Below, piece by piece: positions 44,166 to 58,436 of a stretch of 64,000 nt of DNA. Numbering within the stretch: position 1 is the stretch's first letter; each line of letters starts with the position of its first letter. Origin of the DNA: Eledone cirrhosa (lineage: Eukaryota). The notes beneath the pieces were generated by a model, which saw nothing but the letters and a program-made list of their open reading frames with translations, ran no database searches and was not told the DNA's origin. A program made the position numbers and the translations under genes. The stretch lies in contig OZ024741.1 in assembly GCA_964016885.1 (NCBI GenBank), positions 60,574,001 through 60,638,000 of the forward strand. The letters run 5' to 3'.

Positions 44166-44727
44166 TCTAGTTCTATAAACCTTTCACTCTCTCTTTCTCT
44201 GGAAGAACTTGGCTGTGTTTCGATCTGAAGAGTGTAGAGCTACACCCGGTTTAATGCCCCATAATAGCGGTCTATGGATGGAATTACTAGTATCAAATAA
44301 TCAGGTTTCGTGGACTTCTAAACTTTAATATTACATATAAATTATACAAACACGTCTGTCACTGAGACTTGGCAACATAAAACTATGTGATCGATTCTGT
44401 TTGCATAATCTGTGTTAGTTGTGTTATTGGATTGGAAGTATCTTGTGTAGAATATGGGTTGTGCTTAGCACGGGAATTTATTTGACCACCTGTATAAAAT
44501 GTAAAATCATACGAGACAACTTGACATATGATATTGGCATTCTTGTATTCTTTTAATTGAACCAGTCATTAAACTGGACTATATTAGTGCAGTTCCTTAA
44601 AGTGTTGGCATTCATATCAGTCCCAGTACTTATTTTTGTAAATATTGTATATTTACTGACCTTCCTCTGATGAATCGCTAAGTTACGAGACATAAATGCG
44701 TTGTAAACGTTAATAGAAAGACACACA

Positions 44728-44814
<87 letters not shown>

Positions 44815-45381
44815 CTTATGGTAAATATATTGACTTATCGGGGTTGCATATGCAACTCACCAATAAGTGAATAACGTGATAATATGCGCTATCCCACCAC
44901 AAAGTAGTGGTCGTTGGCGGGAGGATGCATGCATGCTATCACAGGATTTCTGCCATACTGATACTGGTGTCTGCTGGACGAGAGCCTAACAGTAAACTAA
45001 AATGTCTTAAGGTGAATTGAACTCTGTGGCCGCAGCATCTCCCCGGTTGTGGTGGTGAGGCTGGATATGTGGAATAGGCTTGCGTCTGTGGCCAACTCCA
45101 CGTCTGCGCAAGGTATAGAGTGGAACTAAAGTTCACAAGGAAACGGACTTATATATTATTACTGTCCGTTCCTTTGACTTTAGATAGAATTGCAGTGGAA
45201 ACATAACCTTATTACATGAGATGCTGTGATGATATCACGTAACCACGATCGCCATTGAAATATGTATCAAAGCTTTGTTAATAAAGGAGTTTTAACACCT
45301 ACACCAGACTTTGCATTTTCTCCTTTCTCTCTCTATATATATATATACACACACATACACACATATATATATATATAACAC

Positions 45382-45412
<31 letters not shown>

Positions 45413-45690
45413 TATATATGCATATATACATACATATATACAAACATATATATATACAAACATATATATACAAACATATACATATATATATATACATACA
45501 TATATATATATACATATATATATATACATACATGTATATATATATATACATATATATCTATATATATACATATATATATACATATATATATACATACATG
45601 TATATATATACATATATATCTATAAATATACATATATATATATATATATATACATATATGTATATACATACGTATATACATAGCTCGACA

Positions 45691-45787
<97 letters not shown>

Positions 45788-45875
45788 GAATAGCTTTCAC
45801 CGTATTTTTGACTAAAGAGCTTTTAGCCTGATAATGGAGTTTAGAACCCTCAGATAAATGGAAAAAGATGTGTAT

Positions 45876-45945
45876 TGACGTACATCGGAGTCGAACCCAC
45901 ATCTTTGGTTAACCAGACCACTGTGCTACCATTACACCAAAACAT
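45876..45945 (-). pseudogene. tRNA-like sequence (pseudogene or SINE head; GGT at the anticodon position)
   Basis: Minus strand TGGTGTAATGGTAGCAC...TGGT CTGGTTA ACCA...GTGGGTTCGACTCCG. The A box, anticodon arm and B box are present, but the acceptor and T stems are mismatched. Confidence 0.55.
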
Positions 45946-45967
45946 ACTTACTTACCATATATATATA

Positions 45968-46411
<444 letters not shown>

Positions 46412-46437
46412 TGTAATAAACAACATAAGGCAATTAT

Positions 46438-46496
46438 TCCATTTACCAGCGGTTTCTTAAAAACAATAAAATGTTGCTTTCAATCATCAGAATGAA
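46438..46496 (-). ncRNA. Type I hammerhead motif (inverted arm copy)
   Basis: Minus strand TTCATT CTGATGA TTGAAAGCAA...TTGTTTTTAA GAAA CCGCTG GTA AATGGA, with all three stems formable. Confidence 0.8.
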
Positions 46497-46607
46497 AAAA
46501 ACCTGGCGTATTTATTGACGTTGGATTTTAAAAACAAAAATGCAATCTATATGAAAGTGAGGCTGGAGAAGGAAGAAGGAAAGGAAAAATAAAATAAAAA
46601 CACACAT

Positions 46608-46645
<38 letters not shown>

Positions 46646-46653
46646 ATATACAT

Positions 46654-46700
<47 letters not shown>

Positions 46701-47300
46701 CACACATACATACACAGACACATATACACACACACACATATATATGTGTATATATATACATACACATACATATACACATACATACATACACACATAAATA
46801 TCAACATATCCATACATACACATACATATATACAACCACACACACACATATATATATATGCATACACATACACATACATAGCCATACACACATACATATA
46901 TACATACACACAATCATACGTATATTCACACGTACATACATGCACGTACATACACACATATATACATGCATACATCAACATGCACAAAAATAGAAATATA
47001 TACACACACATCTACATACTCACACACGCAAATAAATATAAGAGAAAATATATATAATAATAAAAGACATAAAAAAGAAAATAAATACTATTATAAAGTT
47101 GACAGCGATACAGGCAACAAATAAATGAACAAACACACGTGGTAAGCAATACACATAAATGCACGTACACATACATACGTAAAAATAAATACATACACAC
47201 ACTCTCACACATAAATATACATATACAAATACATAAACACATACATACGCATACACAAATACATACACACACACACACACATATACATATATACACACAC

Positions 47301-47361
<61 letters not shown>

Positions 47362-47637
47362 TACATACATAGCCATACAATTATACACATACATATACAT
47401 ACATATCACAAACACGCACAACCAAATACAAACACACACATATATATATATGTGTGTAAAACTCATTCTTAGATAATTCATATGAACCTTATTTAACTCT
47501 AAAATATATATATATATATATATACACATACACATACATACATACTCACATACACATATATACCTACACACACATATATACATACACATACGTATGCATA
47601 CGTATATACACACACACACACATATACATATATAACT

Positions 47638-47739
<102 letters not shown>

Positions 47740-47860
47740 AAGAACAAAAATATTATAAAATAAATATTGTATATATAAAAATTAAAATTAAAATTAAAAT
47801 GAAAATAAAAAGTTGTGAATACGACAAATAATAAACAAAAAAAACCTTATCATAAACCTA

Positions 47861-48756
47861 ATGAAAAAACCTTATCATAAACCTAATGAAAATCTTAGGT
47901 ATATACACAAAGAGTCTTGCCATCCCCCTATAGTTTTTAATAATCTTATTCCCTACATTAGCCGTAGGATTTCTACCTTATCTTTGTCTATAGACATTTT
48001 TAATAAAGCCGCCCCTTATTATAATAAAGCCCTTAAAAACAGCGGTTTTACAGAACAAATTTATTATTTACCTACTCCCCCCCCCCCTAAAACTAACCAC
48101 AATAATAGGAAAAGGAAAATTATTTGGTTTACACCCCCTTCTCTCTAACTGTCAAAACTAATGTAGGAAGCAAATTCCTTGAACTCTTAGATAAACATTT
48201 TCCTCCTAATCATAGATATTATAAGATATTTAATAGAAATGTAGTTAAGATCAGTTACTCTTGTTGCCCATCTATGAAGTCCAAGATCACTAATTCAAAT
48301 CATACGACAACAAATCCAGGATTCAGTTGCAGGAAGCCGGATGAATGCCCATTGCAGGGCAAATGTAACACCAAATATGTTGTTTATGAGGCTAATGTAA
48401 CACCTTTAATCAACAACCAGCCAGCCAGGAGTGAGCGATATGTCGGCATGACCCAGGACAGGTTTAAAACCAGGTTTTATGCACATGTCGCTTCTTTTAA
48501 GCGCTCCGATAAACGAACAACAACGGCCCTCGCAAGTAAGGTGTGGGAATTCAAGGATATAAACATCCCGTACTCTATCGATTGGTCTATTTTAGACCAT
48601 TCGAGGGAGTACCAAAGGGGCAAAAAGAATTGTTCTTTGTGTACCACAGAAAAATATAGGATTTCGCTAAACTTGAAAGCCACTTCTGCTTGCCTGAACT
48701 CAAAGACCAAGATGTTGTCCTCATCTGAAATCACATCTGATCTGAAACTGGATTGA
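47861..48756 (+). pseudogene. Frameshifted PLE thumb-linker-GIY-YIG remnant, same type as the 38059 ORF
   Basis: PYHKPNENLRYIHKESCHPP...RRISTLS...RKRKIIWFTPP / FSCRKPDECPLQGKC...VVYEA...YVGMTQDRFKTRFYAH...CSLCTTEK, with a frameshift near 48145. Confidence 0.9.
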
Positions 48757-49006
48757 CATTCCTATGATAACTCAACCACCTTGAACTCCTTCTCTGCTCT
48801 TTACTTCCACTACGGTTTTTTTACCTGCTGGATCCACGTTCTGTACACTTGTATTCTCTTTCTCCCTTATCTCCCCTTATATTTAAACATTTTCCTATGT
48901 CATTTATTTCCCCCCTCTTTTTCCCCCCTATTTTTTGGCCTTACCCTTCACATACCAAACCTTTTTTTTATTTTTAGATATTAATTTTTTTTATGTTGCG
49001 TATATG

Positions 49007-49061
<55 letters not shown>

Positions 49062-49456
49062 ATATATATGTGTGTATGTATATGTGTGTGTATATGGATA
49101 TGTGTATGTATATATGTGTGTGTATGTATGTTTATATCTATCTGTATGTAATTGTATATGTATATTTAATCGTATATATTATATATTTCTGTTGTATTTG
49201 TGCGCGTGTGTGTATATATTTATATGTATGTATGTATGTGTGTATATATGTGTATATATATATATTTTATATATATATACATATGTATGTATATATGTGT
49301 ATGTATGTATGTGTGTATATATAACTTTAATGTGTGTGTATGGGCGTGTGTATATTTGTGCTTGTATATGTATTTTTTATATAATGGTTTTGTGTGTTTA
49401 TATATAATAGCCTCAGAAAAGGCTTGCACTCTGCCGTAGGGTCAGACTTTTTCCTA

Positions 49457-49526
<70 letters not shown>

Positions 49527-49879
49527 CGTAATTGTATGTGTGTGTGTATTTCTGTGGTTGTATTTTTGTGTGTGTGTGTGTATGTATTTATATGTGTATG
49601 TGTGTGTGTATATGTATATATGTATAAGGGTGTATGTATATGCATCATTATATATAGTGATTTAATGATTATTTTCATTGATCTTTTACTCCAGGATCTT
49701 GTTGAGTGCTCTAAATCTGCTATAAGCATTTATACCCTTTTCTAAATATATATTTTTGTAATTATCATTTGTCGTATTCCCAACTTTTTATTTTCATTTT
49801 CATTTTTATTTTTATTTTTATATATACAATATTTCTTTATATATACAATATTTATTTTATAATACTCTTGTTCTTTCTC

Positions 49880-49910
<31 letters not shown>

Positions 49911-50833
49911 ATAGTTATATATGTATATGTGTGTGTGTGTTTGTGTATATATACGTATGCATACGTATGTGTGTGTATATATGTGTGTGTAGGTATATAT
50001 GTGTATGTGAGTATGTATGTATGTGTATGTATGTGTATGTATGTGTATGTATATATATATTTATATAAATATATATATATATATTTTAGAGTTAAATAAG
50101 GTTCATATGAATTATCTAAGAATGAGTTTTACACACAAATATATATATGTGTGTGTTTGTATTTGGTTGTGCGTGTTTGTGATATGTATGTATATGTATG
50201 TGTATACTTGTATGGCTATGTATGTATGTGTATGTATATATATATATGTGTGTGTGTGTGTATCTATGTATATGTGTGTGTGTGTGTATGTATTTGTGTA
50301 TGCGTATGTATGTATTTATGTATTTGTATATGTATCTTTATGTGTGAGAGTGTGTGTATGTATTTATTTTTACGTATGTATGTGTACGTGCATTTATGTG
50401 TATTGCTTACCACGTGTGTTTGTTCATTTATTTGTTGCCTGTATCGCTGTCAACTTTATAATAGTCTTTATTTTCTTTTTTATGTGTTTTAATATTATAT
50501 ATATTTTTTCTCATATTTATTTGCGTGTGTGAGTATGTAGATGTGTGTGTATATATTTCTATTTTTGTGCATGCGTATGTATGCATGTATATATGTGTGT
50601 ATGTACGTGTATGTATGTACGTGTGTATATACGTATGATTGTGTGTATGTATGTATGTATATGTATGTGTGTATGGCTATGTATGTGTATGCGTATGCAT
50701 ATATATATGTGTGTGGTTGTATATATATATGTGTATGTATGGATATGTTCATATTTATGTGTGTATGTATGTATGTGTATATGTATATGTATGTATATAT
50801 ATATACACATATATATGTGTGTGTATGTATGTG

Positions 50834-51491
50834 TGTTTATCGTGAACTCGTGCGCCGATTTTTCGATACTCGATCTTTCTAATATTTTTAGCTCTGGACA
50901 TAGCTATCCACCAGTTAATTTTATTGCTCATTTTTTGTCGATTCTATTGAGTGATGAATAGCTTTTGTTTTATTTTAACATGTCTATTGAGCACTCTTAT
51001 TCGATATGTGTATTTCCACATTCCCTCGAATTGTTTTCGCGGATATAGAGGTTATCTCCCTTGTCTAATGCCATGTGCGTTTTTCACTGGTAGTTAGCCC
51101 CTTTTCCGCTAGGAAAAAAGCTCGTTGAGAAAGTAAACTCCGTTCCGCTTACTCTAGTAGGCTTTTATATTTATATGTGAGCTGATAGAGTACAGTCTAA
51201 GGATTTACAGAAACCCATGAAGCTAGATTTAACACCTTTCTAGTGGGTCCGGGTATGATTTTACATTCATTTAAATTATTGATGTATTGTTTTATTGATA
51301 TTTTTTATCTGTTTGTCCCGAATCTTCCTTTATCGATTTTTTATCTTATGGTTGATTGTAGACTTGTTCTATATGTGACGGTATTTTAACGATAGTTATA
51401 GCTCTGATTCATCTGAATTATTGAGCCCTCTGCCGCTCATTTCGAATTTTGTTTATCGTGAACTCGTGCGCCGATTTTTCGATACTCGATC

Positions 51492-51500
<9 letters not shown>
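50834..51500. mobile_element. Unclassified ~620-bp insertion bounded by ~50-bp direct repeats
   Basis: GTTTATCGTGAACTCGTGCGCCGATTTTTCGATACTCGATCTTTCTAATAT occurs at both ends, and the block is absent from the inverted sister arm. Confidence 0.7.
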
Positions 51501-51555
<55 letters not shown>

Positions 51556-51688
51556 CTGTGTATGTATAGAATTGTGTGCGTGTGTGTGTGTTTTATTTTT
51601 CCTTTTTTTCTTCCTTCTCCAGCCTCACTTTCATATAGATTGCATTTTTTTTTATAAAATCCAACGTCAATAAATACGCCAGGATTTT

Positions 51689-51747
51689 TTCATTCTGATG
51701 ATTGAAAGCAAAATTTTTTTGCTTTTAAGAAACCACTGGTAAATGGA
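51689..51747 (+). ncRNA. Type I hammerhead motif, canonical core
   Basis: TTCATT CTGATGA TTGAAAGCAAAA TTT TTTTGCTTTTAA GAAA CCACTG GTA AATGGA. Stem I is UUCAUU/AAUGGA, stem II is 12 bp, stem III is ACCA-C-UGGU and the triplet is GUA. Confidence 0.85.
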
Positions 51748-51844
51748 ATAATTGCCTGATGTTGTTTATTACATAACTATTAAGCTCTGTTACCTACATA
51801 GAGCACTCTTTTTTCCTAGACTTTTCCGACGGAATTCCTTCATT

Positions 51845-51897
<53 letters not shown>

Positions 51898-51899
<2 letters not shown>

Positions 51900-52113
51900 C
51901 AAAGGAATTCTGGCAAGGAACGAACTAAATGGACCATAACGCACCAGAGTACTCAATACTTAGGGTAGTAGAGTGGGAAATAGGAAAAAGTATGACCCCG
52001 ACGGCAGAGCTCAAGCCGTTTCGCCGGCTATTTCTTGACAGAAATAACTGTCGAAATAGTCCAGAAATAGCCGTCGAAACGCCCTGAGCTCTTCCGTCAG
52101 CGTCATACTTTTT

Positions 52114-52117
<4 letters not shown>
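51898..52117 (-). mobile_element. Miniature PLE-like footprint: inverted repeat 51981-52117 plus ~80-bp tail, between (TA)n tracts
   Basis: TAGGAAAAAGTATGAC...GTCATACTTTTTCCTA hairpin. The tail is homologous (inverted) to 53241-53315. Confidence 0.6.
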
Positions 52118-52176
<59 letters not shown>

Positions 52177-52198
52177 ATATATATATATATATGTACAT

Positions 52199-52326
52199 AT
52201 GGCCCACTCAAGTAGAGAGTTATTGTTTACGGTGACATATCCGGGTGTATGTGTATATATATATATATATTTACATACACCCGGATATGTCACCGTAAAC
52301 AATAACTCTCTACTTGAGTGGGCCAT
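52199..52326. repeat. Perfect 54-bp inverted repeat around a TA-rich spacer
   Basis: Arms 52199-52252 and 52273-52326 are exact reverse complements by eye. Confidence 0.92.
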
Positions 52327-52532
52327 GCTGTTCAAATCAGAGGTGGTGCTAAGTCAGACGTGGCCTGGGCCTATTCTGGTCGAAAGTGGGGGGGCCACCT
52401 ACATATAGAATGCTATCATTTAATTTTTATAATGAATAAATAACATAAGTGGAAACAAAAGAGGACAATCAAATTTTTGTGGAAAAATATCTTCAATAAA
52501 AAATTTGCATTTTGCGAAATCCAAAGACTTTC

Positions 52533-52645
52533 AATAATTGTTTCTACTTTTGGCACAAGGCCAGCAATTATTCCAGTCTATTACTGGTACTTTATTTTAT
52601 CGACCCCGTAAGGATGAAAGGCATAGTTAACCTCAGCGGGATTTT
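52533..52645 (-). mobile_element. 5'-truncated SINE family A
   Basis: AATTGTTTCTACTTTTGGCACAAGGCCAGC...CGACCCCGTAAGGATGAAAGGC matches the 42660 copy. Confidence 0.85.
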
Positions 52646-52654
52646 CAACAATGA

Positions 52655-52963
52655 CCAGAAGTCGATCCTAAATATTACTAATAGCTCTAGGAAAGCCATG
52701 AACGACACCACATGTTTTTTTTTACTTTGATTTGAAAGTAGGTTTATAATTATTAAATGTCACCATACTTTTGTATAGCTGGAAGAATCATAGACGGTGG
52801 TGATCCTGGTCTGAAGTTCGATCCTGGTCGTGAGTAGGGCTCACGGTAAACCTTTTTAGTTTTTTCTATTGGTTGTAAAATAAAAACTGAAAATGTTTAC
52901 ATCTACCTCTTGACCAGGTTTGAAACCAAGGCCAGGATCTCCACCGTCTCATTTCTGTTGCAC

Positions 52964-53045
<82 letters not shown>

Positions 53046-53164
53046 TTGAATCTACTATGTTTTGGGCTTACTTTATTCATACATTTGTTTTTGCATGTCA
53101 GATTCAAACTTACAATGATTGACATTATATATATATATATATATATATAAATGAAAGGTATATA

Positions 53165-53204
<40 letters not shown>

Positions 53205-53311
53205 AAAATGTATGACCCGTCGGGGTCATACTTTTTCCTATTTCCCACTATACTACCCTAAGTATTCAGTACTCTGGTACGTTATGGTCCATCTGGTTTC
53301 TTACCACAATT

Positions 53312-53354
<43 letters not shown>

Positions 53355-54080
53355 CATATATTATTTGTATGGTAAAATAATCAGATTCAAATAATTCAAC
53401 AGTTAAACACACATAGGAATAATAGGGTGTTACCCAATGGCCAGAAGATTGACAAGTCGACCCTAAATATTACTAATAGCCGTAGGAAAGCCATGAACGA
53501 CACAACATGTTTTTAACTTTGATTTTGAAAGTAGGTTTATAATTATCAATGTTCATCTTATTTCTGTTTCTCTATCGGTGGCCTAGCTGGAAGAATGATA
53601 GGCGGTGATGATCCTGGTCTGAAGTTCGATCCTGATCGGGAGTAGGATTTCCTGAAACCCTTTTCAGTTTTTTCTATTGGTTGTAAAATAAAAACTGAAA
53701 GGTTTACATCTACCTCTTGACCAGGACTGAACCCAAGACCAGGATCTCCATCGTCTCTAGTACGTATTGCTAGGCCACAGAGACAACTACAAAAATCTTA
53801 TGAAAATTCATACTTATAAACCTACTTTCAAATTTTTCAAAACAAGATGATGTGGTGTCGTTCGTGTCTTTCTTAATGTTATTGATCCTACTTAAGCGCG
53901 ACTTCTTAATCATTTGGGTGCTCCATAAGTTACATCCTCGTTTTGTTTCATATCTATCTAGACTATATTTTAAACTGTAATCCATGTTTCATTTCTGTTC
54001 CACCCCTACCTCCTCTCTCTCTCTCACTCTTTCTCTCTGTGATATTTGAGATTCAAACCTACAATGATTGGCATTATAAA
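52655..54080. repeat. Local diverged duplication (~52655-53130 vs ~53440-54080) containing an inverted pair of tRNA-like sequences
   Basis: Shared blocks are CCTAAATATTACTAATAGC, GATCCTGGTCTGAAGTTCGATCCTG, ACATCTACCTCTTGACCAGG and AGATTCAAAC.TACAATGATTG. Confidence 0.8.
53201..53315 (+). mobile_element. Miniature PLE-like footprint (same family as 51898-52117)
   Basis: (TA)n-TAGGAAAATGTATGACCC GTCG GGGTCATACTTTTTCCTA, then a ~75-bp tail and (TA)n. Confidence 0.6.
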
Positions 54081-54101
54081 TATATATATATATATATATA
54101 T

Positions 54102-54462
54102 ATAGTTATAGGAATAACCAAAGAGTACTTAGAAATACATTGTTTCATTAGCTAACAGTGTTTCATCCATACATCATGGCAGGAATCTTCAGAGCCTATA
54201 AACATGAATATATAAGTAGTTGCATGCTCCCTCGAGCTGCGTCACCAGAACAAGTTTAAATGACCAGCGGGGAATGAAACACTGCTATGGATGAAACACT
54301 GTTAGCTAATAAAACAATGTATTTCTATGCACTCTTTGGTTATTCCTATAACTATAACGGCTCTGTAGTATACTAGTTATCCTACATTGCGCTAAAACCA
54401 CACTGCCATAGCAAGAGCAATATATCTACATGTCTAGGCATATTGATATATTTGTCAACGAA
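54102..54462 (+). mobile_element. Miniature PLE footprint: inverted terminal copy plus ~105-bp tail, between (TA)n tracts
   Basis: 54102-54171 is inverted relative to about 54286-54356, and the left arm carries a hammerhead. Confidence 0.65.
54150..54196 (-). ncRNA. Minimal type I hammerhead-like motif
   Basis: Minus strand GGCT CTGAAGA TTCC...GGAT GAAA CACT GTT AGCT. Stem I is GGCU/AGCU, stem III is ACA-C-UGU and the triplet is GUU. Stem II is imperfect. Confidence 0.6.
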
Positions 54463-54650
54463 ATATATATATATATATATACAGTGGCGGACTAGGTTTA
54501 AAAATATTGGTTGCCAGATGGAGGGGGCCCACCTACGTATAGAATGCTATCATTTAATTTTTACTCCCCTGCTTTCGCCGAAAATTATAGAAGCTGGATT
54601 CTTATAGAATTCCAGTAATAATCAGATGATTATACAGAGCGATTATAGAT

Positions 54651-54772
<122 letters not shown>

Positions 54773-54969
54773 AAATGTTTATCTATAAACATACTGTATT
54801 TCTTTAGAAATAGGAAATTTCGATACATATCTATATACAGCTATGACTAAAGCTAAATCCTAATTCATTCTTTCTCTCTCTCTCCTCCATCTCTCTCTCC
54901 CTCTATATATATATATATATATCTTTCTCTCTCTCTCTCTCTTTCTATATATATATATATATATATATA

Positions 54970-55100
54970 CAACGAGCTCTCACAAAGTGCCCGTCTACCA
55001 AGGTATTCTTGAATTCGAGGATATAGCAGAAGACACGGGCCCACGGTGCCATACAATGCGACTGTACCCGGAAGCATATGATTGCGAAACGAACTCATAA
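54970..55100 (-). mobile_element. Diverged SINE family B fragment
   Basis: AGAAGACACGGGCCCACGGTGCCATACAATGCGACTGTACCCGGAAGCATATGATTGCGAA is the reverse-complement counterpart of the head at about 60365-60480. Confidence 0.55.
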
Positions 55101-55839
55101 AATCCTCATATCTATACCAGAACGTTTCAAAATGCTTTTAAATATAATTGAAATAAATAATTAACGACATGTTTTAGATTTGGACAAAATATGTGAGACA
55201 TGTTACTGCATCGTCTAATATAAGGCATTAAGCTAATTAGTTGCAGGAATTATGTTTATAAACACCTAATTAACTTCTTTGAATCAGTTGTAACCTGAAC
55301 AAGACCAATTAAACAAGTGGACTGTAGCCAACAGCTTCTTACTGAAAGAGTATTCAACAATCAAATTTATAACTACTCTGGTTGAACTACATCTAGAAAT
55401 GTTACCTTTGCAAATGAAATCAGCATGAATGCATATTAATTGGCCATTAGGTACCATAGAGGAATATCTGTCTCCTAAGTCTCTAATGACGAAATACTTA
55501 AAATCTAATAATGTAGCGCAAAGAAAATTAAGTTGTTACGGAAGATAAAATCAGACTCATGATGTTTGAAGATAAATGAGTAATACTACCAATGAATATT
55601 ATATATACACATATAAACACACTGACGCACACACACATATATACACGCACATGCACACACATATATATATACAGAGATTCATATACACATACAGCCACAC
55701 ACACTTATACATATATACAAATACATATACACACATATACACCTGTATACCTAAATATATATATACCCATGCACATAGATACATGTGTATATATATATAT
55801 ATATACGCACACATATACAAATATATACCCATACACAGA

Positions 55840-55941
<102 letters not shown>

Positions 55942-56049
55942 TACAAATATATACCCATTATAGAAGCTGGATTCTTATAGAATTCCAGTAATAATCAGAT
56001 GATTATACAGAGCGATTATAGATGCACACATACAAATATATACCCATAC

Positions 56050-56091
<42 letters not shown>

Positions 56092-56155
56092 GCGCATACA
56101 TATATATATATATATATATATATACGCGCATACATATACAAATATATGCCCATAC

Positions 56156-56239
<84 letters not shown>

Positions 56240-56406
56240 TTCAAGAGTAACCAATCTTAAAGAGAGAGATGGAGATAGGAGAGGAGAAGAGAGATTGGTG
56301 AATTAGTTAGAAGCCAAAGCGTAAGGCATGTGCTCAATGTGCAATATGCAGTGGAAGGCAGCTAGGTGGGTGGGTTCATGCAGAGGTTAGGTGCACAGAG
56401 CTGGAA

Positions 56407-57592
56407 ATATTCATTAGTTAAGCAAAACAAGACCACAAATTTCATAAGGAAGACATTATTAATAGATTGTCAACATATTTTAGTTTGATGTAAGGAATGT
56501 AGAGAATAATAATAATAATATTAATAATAATAATGTCCGTTTACAATTGTTTCGCTACTCCATATAATATTTCTGGATCAAATGATTATAGATCATTATT
56601 GATCTGATTCAGTTGAAAATAATTAACATAGGTAAAAATAGAGCAGCTCATCGGAACTTCAAAAGTAATATAAATTAAAATAAGGAAAGAATGTTACATG
56701 AATGTAATGTTCCATATATTAGTATTTCACTATGGTGTCCTGGGTATACCTATTGTCTGCCATAGTCGAGCAGTATTCTTCTGTCGAGGCTGCATTGTGT
56801 GAGATCTGCCTATGGGTAACAAGATGGCCGCCAATGGACATATTTACCTTACTAATTAGAAAAATAGCACTGCTTAACTATAAACTACCCATAATTTCTA
56901 ATCTCTCGAGGAGTTACTTCCTCTGAAACCACCCTCTAATTAGTAAGGTAAATATGTCCATTGGCGGCCATCTTGTTACCCAAAGGCAATCTCACACAAT
57001 GCAGCCTCGACAGAGGAATACTGCTCGACTATGGCAGACAATAGATATACCCAGGACACCATAGTGAAATACCAATATATGGAACATTACATTCATGTAA
57101 CATTCTTTCCTTATTTTAATTTATATTCCTTTTGAAGTTCCGATGACCTGCTCTATTTTTCCCTATGTTAATTATTTTCAACTGAACCAGATCAATAATG
57201 ATCTATAATCATTTGATCCAGAAATATTATATGGAGTGGCGAAACAATTGTAAACGGACATTATTATTATTAATATTATTAGGGCGGTGGATTAGCAGTA
57301 TCGGTAGACGGTGGGACGCCATGCTTTCCAGCATAGTTACGTCCCTTTACGATCTGAGTTCAAATCCCGCCGAGGTTGACTTTGCCTTTCATCCTTACGG
57401 GGTCGAGAAAATAAAGTACCAGTAATAGACTGGGTAATTGCTGGCCTTGTGCCTAAAGTAGAAACAATTATTATTAATATTATTATTATTATTCTCTACA
57501 TTCCTTACATCAAACTAAAATATGTTGATAATCTTATAATAATATCTTCCTTGTGAAATTTGTGGTCTTGTTTTGCTTAACTAATGAATATA
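56407..57592. mobile_element. Foldback / MITE-like element with ~450-bp inverted arms and ~75-bp spacer; SINE nested in right arm
   Basis: Left arm 56407-56859 is the reverse complement of 56935-57592 once the SINE and its TSD are removed. Substitutions are scattered. Confidence 0.85.
57282..57466 (+). mobile_element. SINE family A, full length, nested in the foldback arm
   Basis: GGGCGGTGGATTAGCAGTATCGG...GAGTTCAAATCC...GTAGAAACA, flanked by duplicated ATTATTATTAATATTATT. Confidence 0.9.
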
Positions 57593-57711
57593 TATATATA
57601 TATTATATATATATATATATATATTTCGTTTCTGAATTTGTTTAGCAAGATTCTTTATCTGAAAACTGGTTTCGTGTGTTTCTTATTGGCAACATGGCCC
57701 TCCCAAAGTAT

Positions 57712-57789
<78 letters not shown>

Positions 57790-58179
57790 TTATATATATA
57801 TACATACATATACATATATATATATAATGAAATATATGGAGAATAGAAATAGCTGTGTAGTTGGTATTTAAGGTAACTTAAAATGCAGTGGGAATACGAA
57901 GAGAGCAAGAACGTGGGAGGGGTCATCATCAGTTGTCTACTGGGTGTCTCGGATATTTCTACGCTTTAAAGACAATATACCTCGCCCCAGGGCGTCAACA
58001 ACTGGATAAGTTATTGGTAAAACGGAGGAAGGAGGGAAGGAAAGCAAAAGGGAAGAAAATAGAAAACAGTAACATAACAGCGAAAAAAAACAACAAAAAG
58101 AGCAATGTGCGAGCAACTATAGGTAGGAAATCCAAGACCACTCATATATATATATATATATACGCACGCATATACACAT

Positions 58180-58214
<35 letters not shown>

Positions 58215-58246
58215 CATACATAGACATATATACACGCAAAACATAT

Positions 58247-58436
58247 AATTGTTTCTACTTTTGGCACAAGGCCAGCAATTACCCAGTGCATTACTGGTAC
58301 TTTATTTTATGGACCCCGTAAGGATGAAAGGCGAGGTTAACCTCGGCGGGATTTGAACTTAGAATGGCAAGGGCCGTAACTCTATGCGTCAAAGCATGGC
58401 GTCCGACTCTCTACCGATACTGCCAATCCATCGCCC
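58247..58436 (-). mobile_element. SINE family A, full length
   Basis: Homologous to 42660-42844 and flanked by AAACATATAAT on both sides. Confidence 0.88.

Noticed and set aside
44660-44710. CTGATGA...GAGAC...GTA hammerhead-like string
   Set aside because: It has GAGA instead of GAAA and no convincing stems I-III, so it is at most a decayed relic.
57925-58010. Minus-strand CAGTTGT...GAGACACCCAGTA-GACAACTG, possible decayed PLE hammerhead
   Set aside because: Stem I-like pairing exists but both core motifs are corrupted, so it is not supportable.
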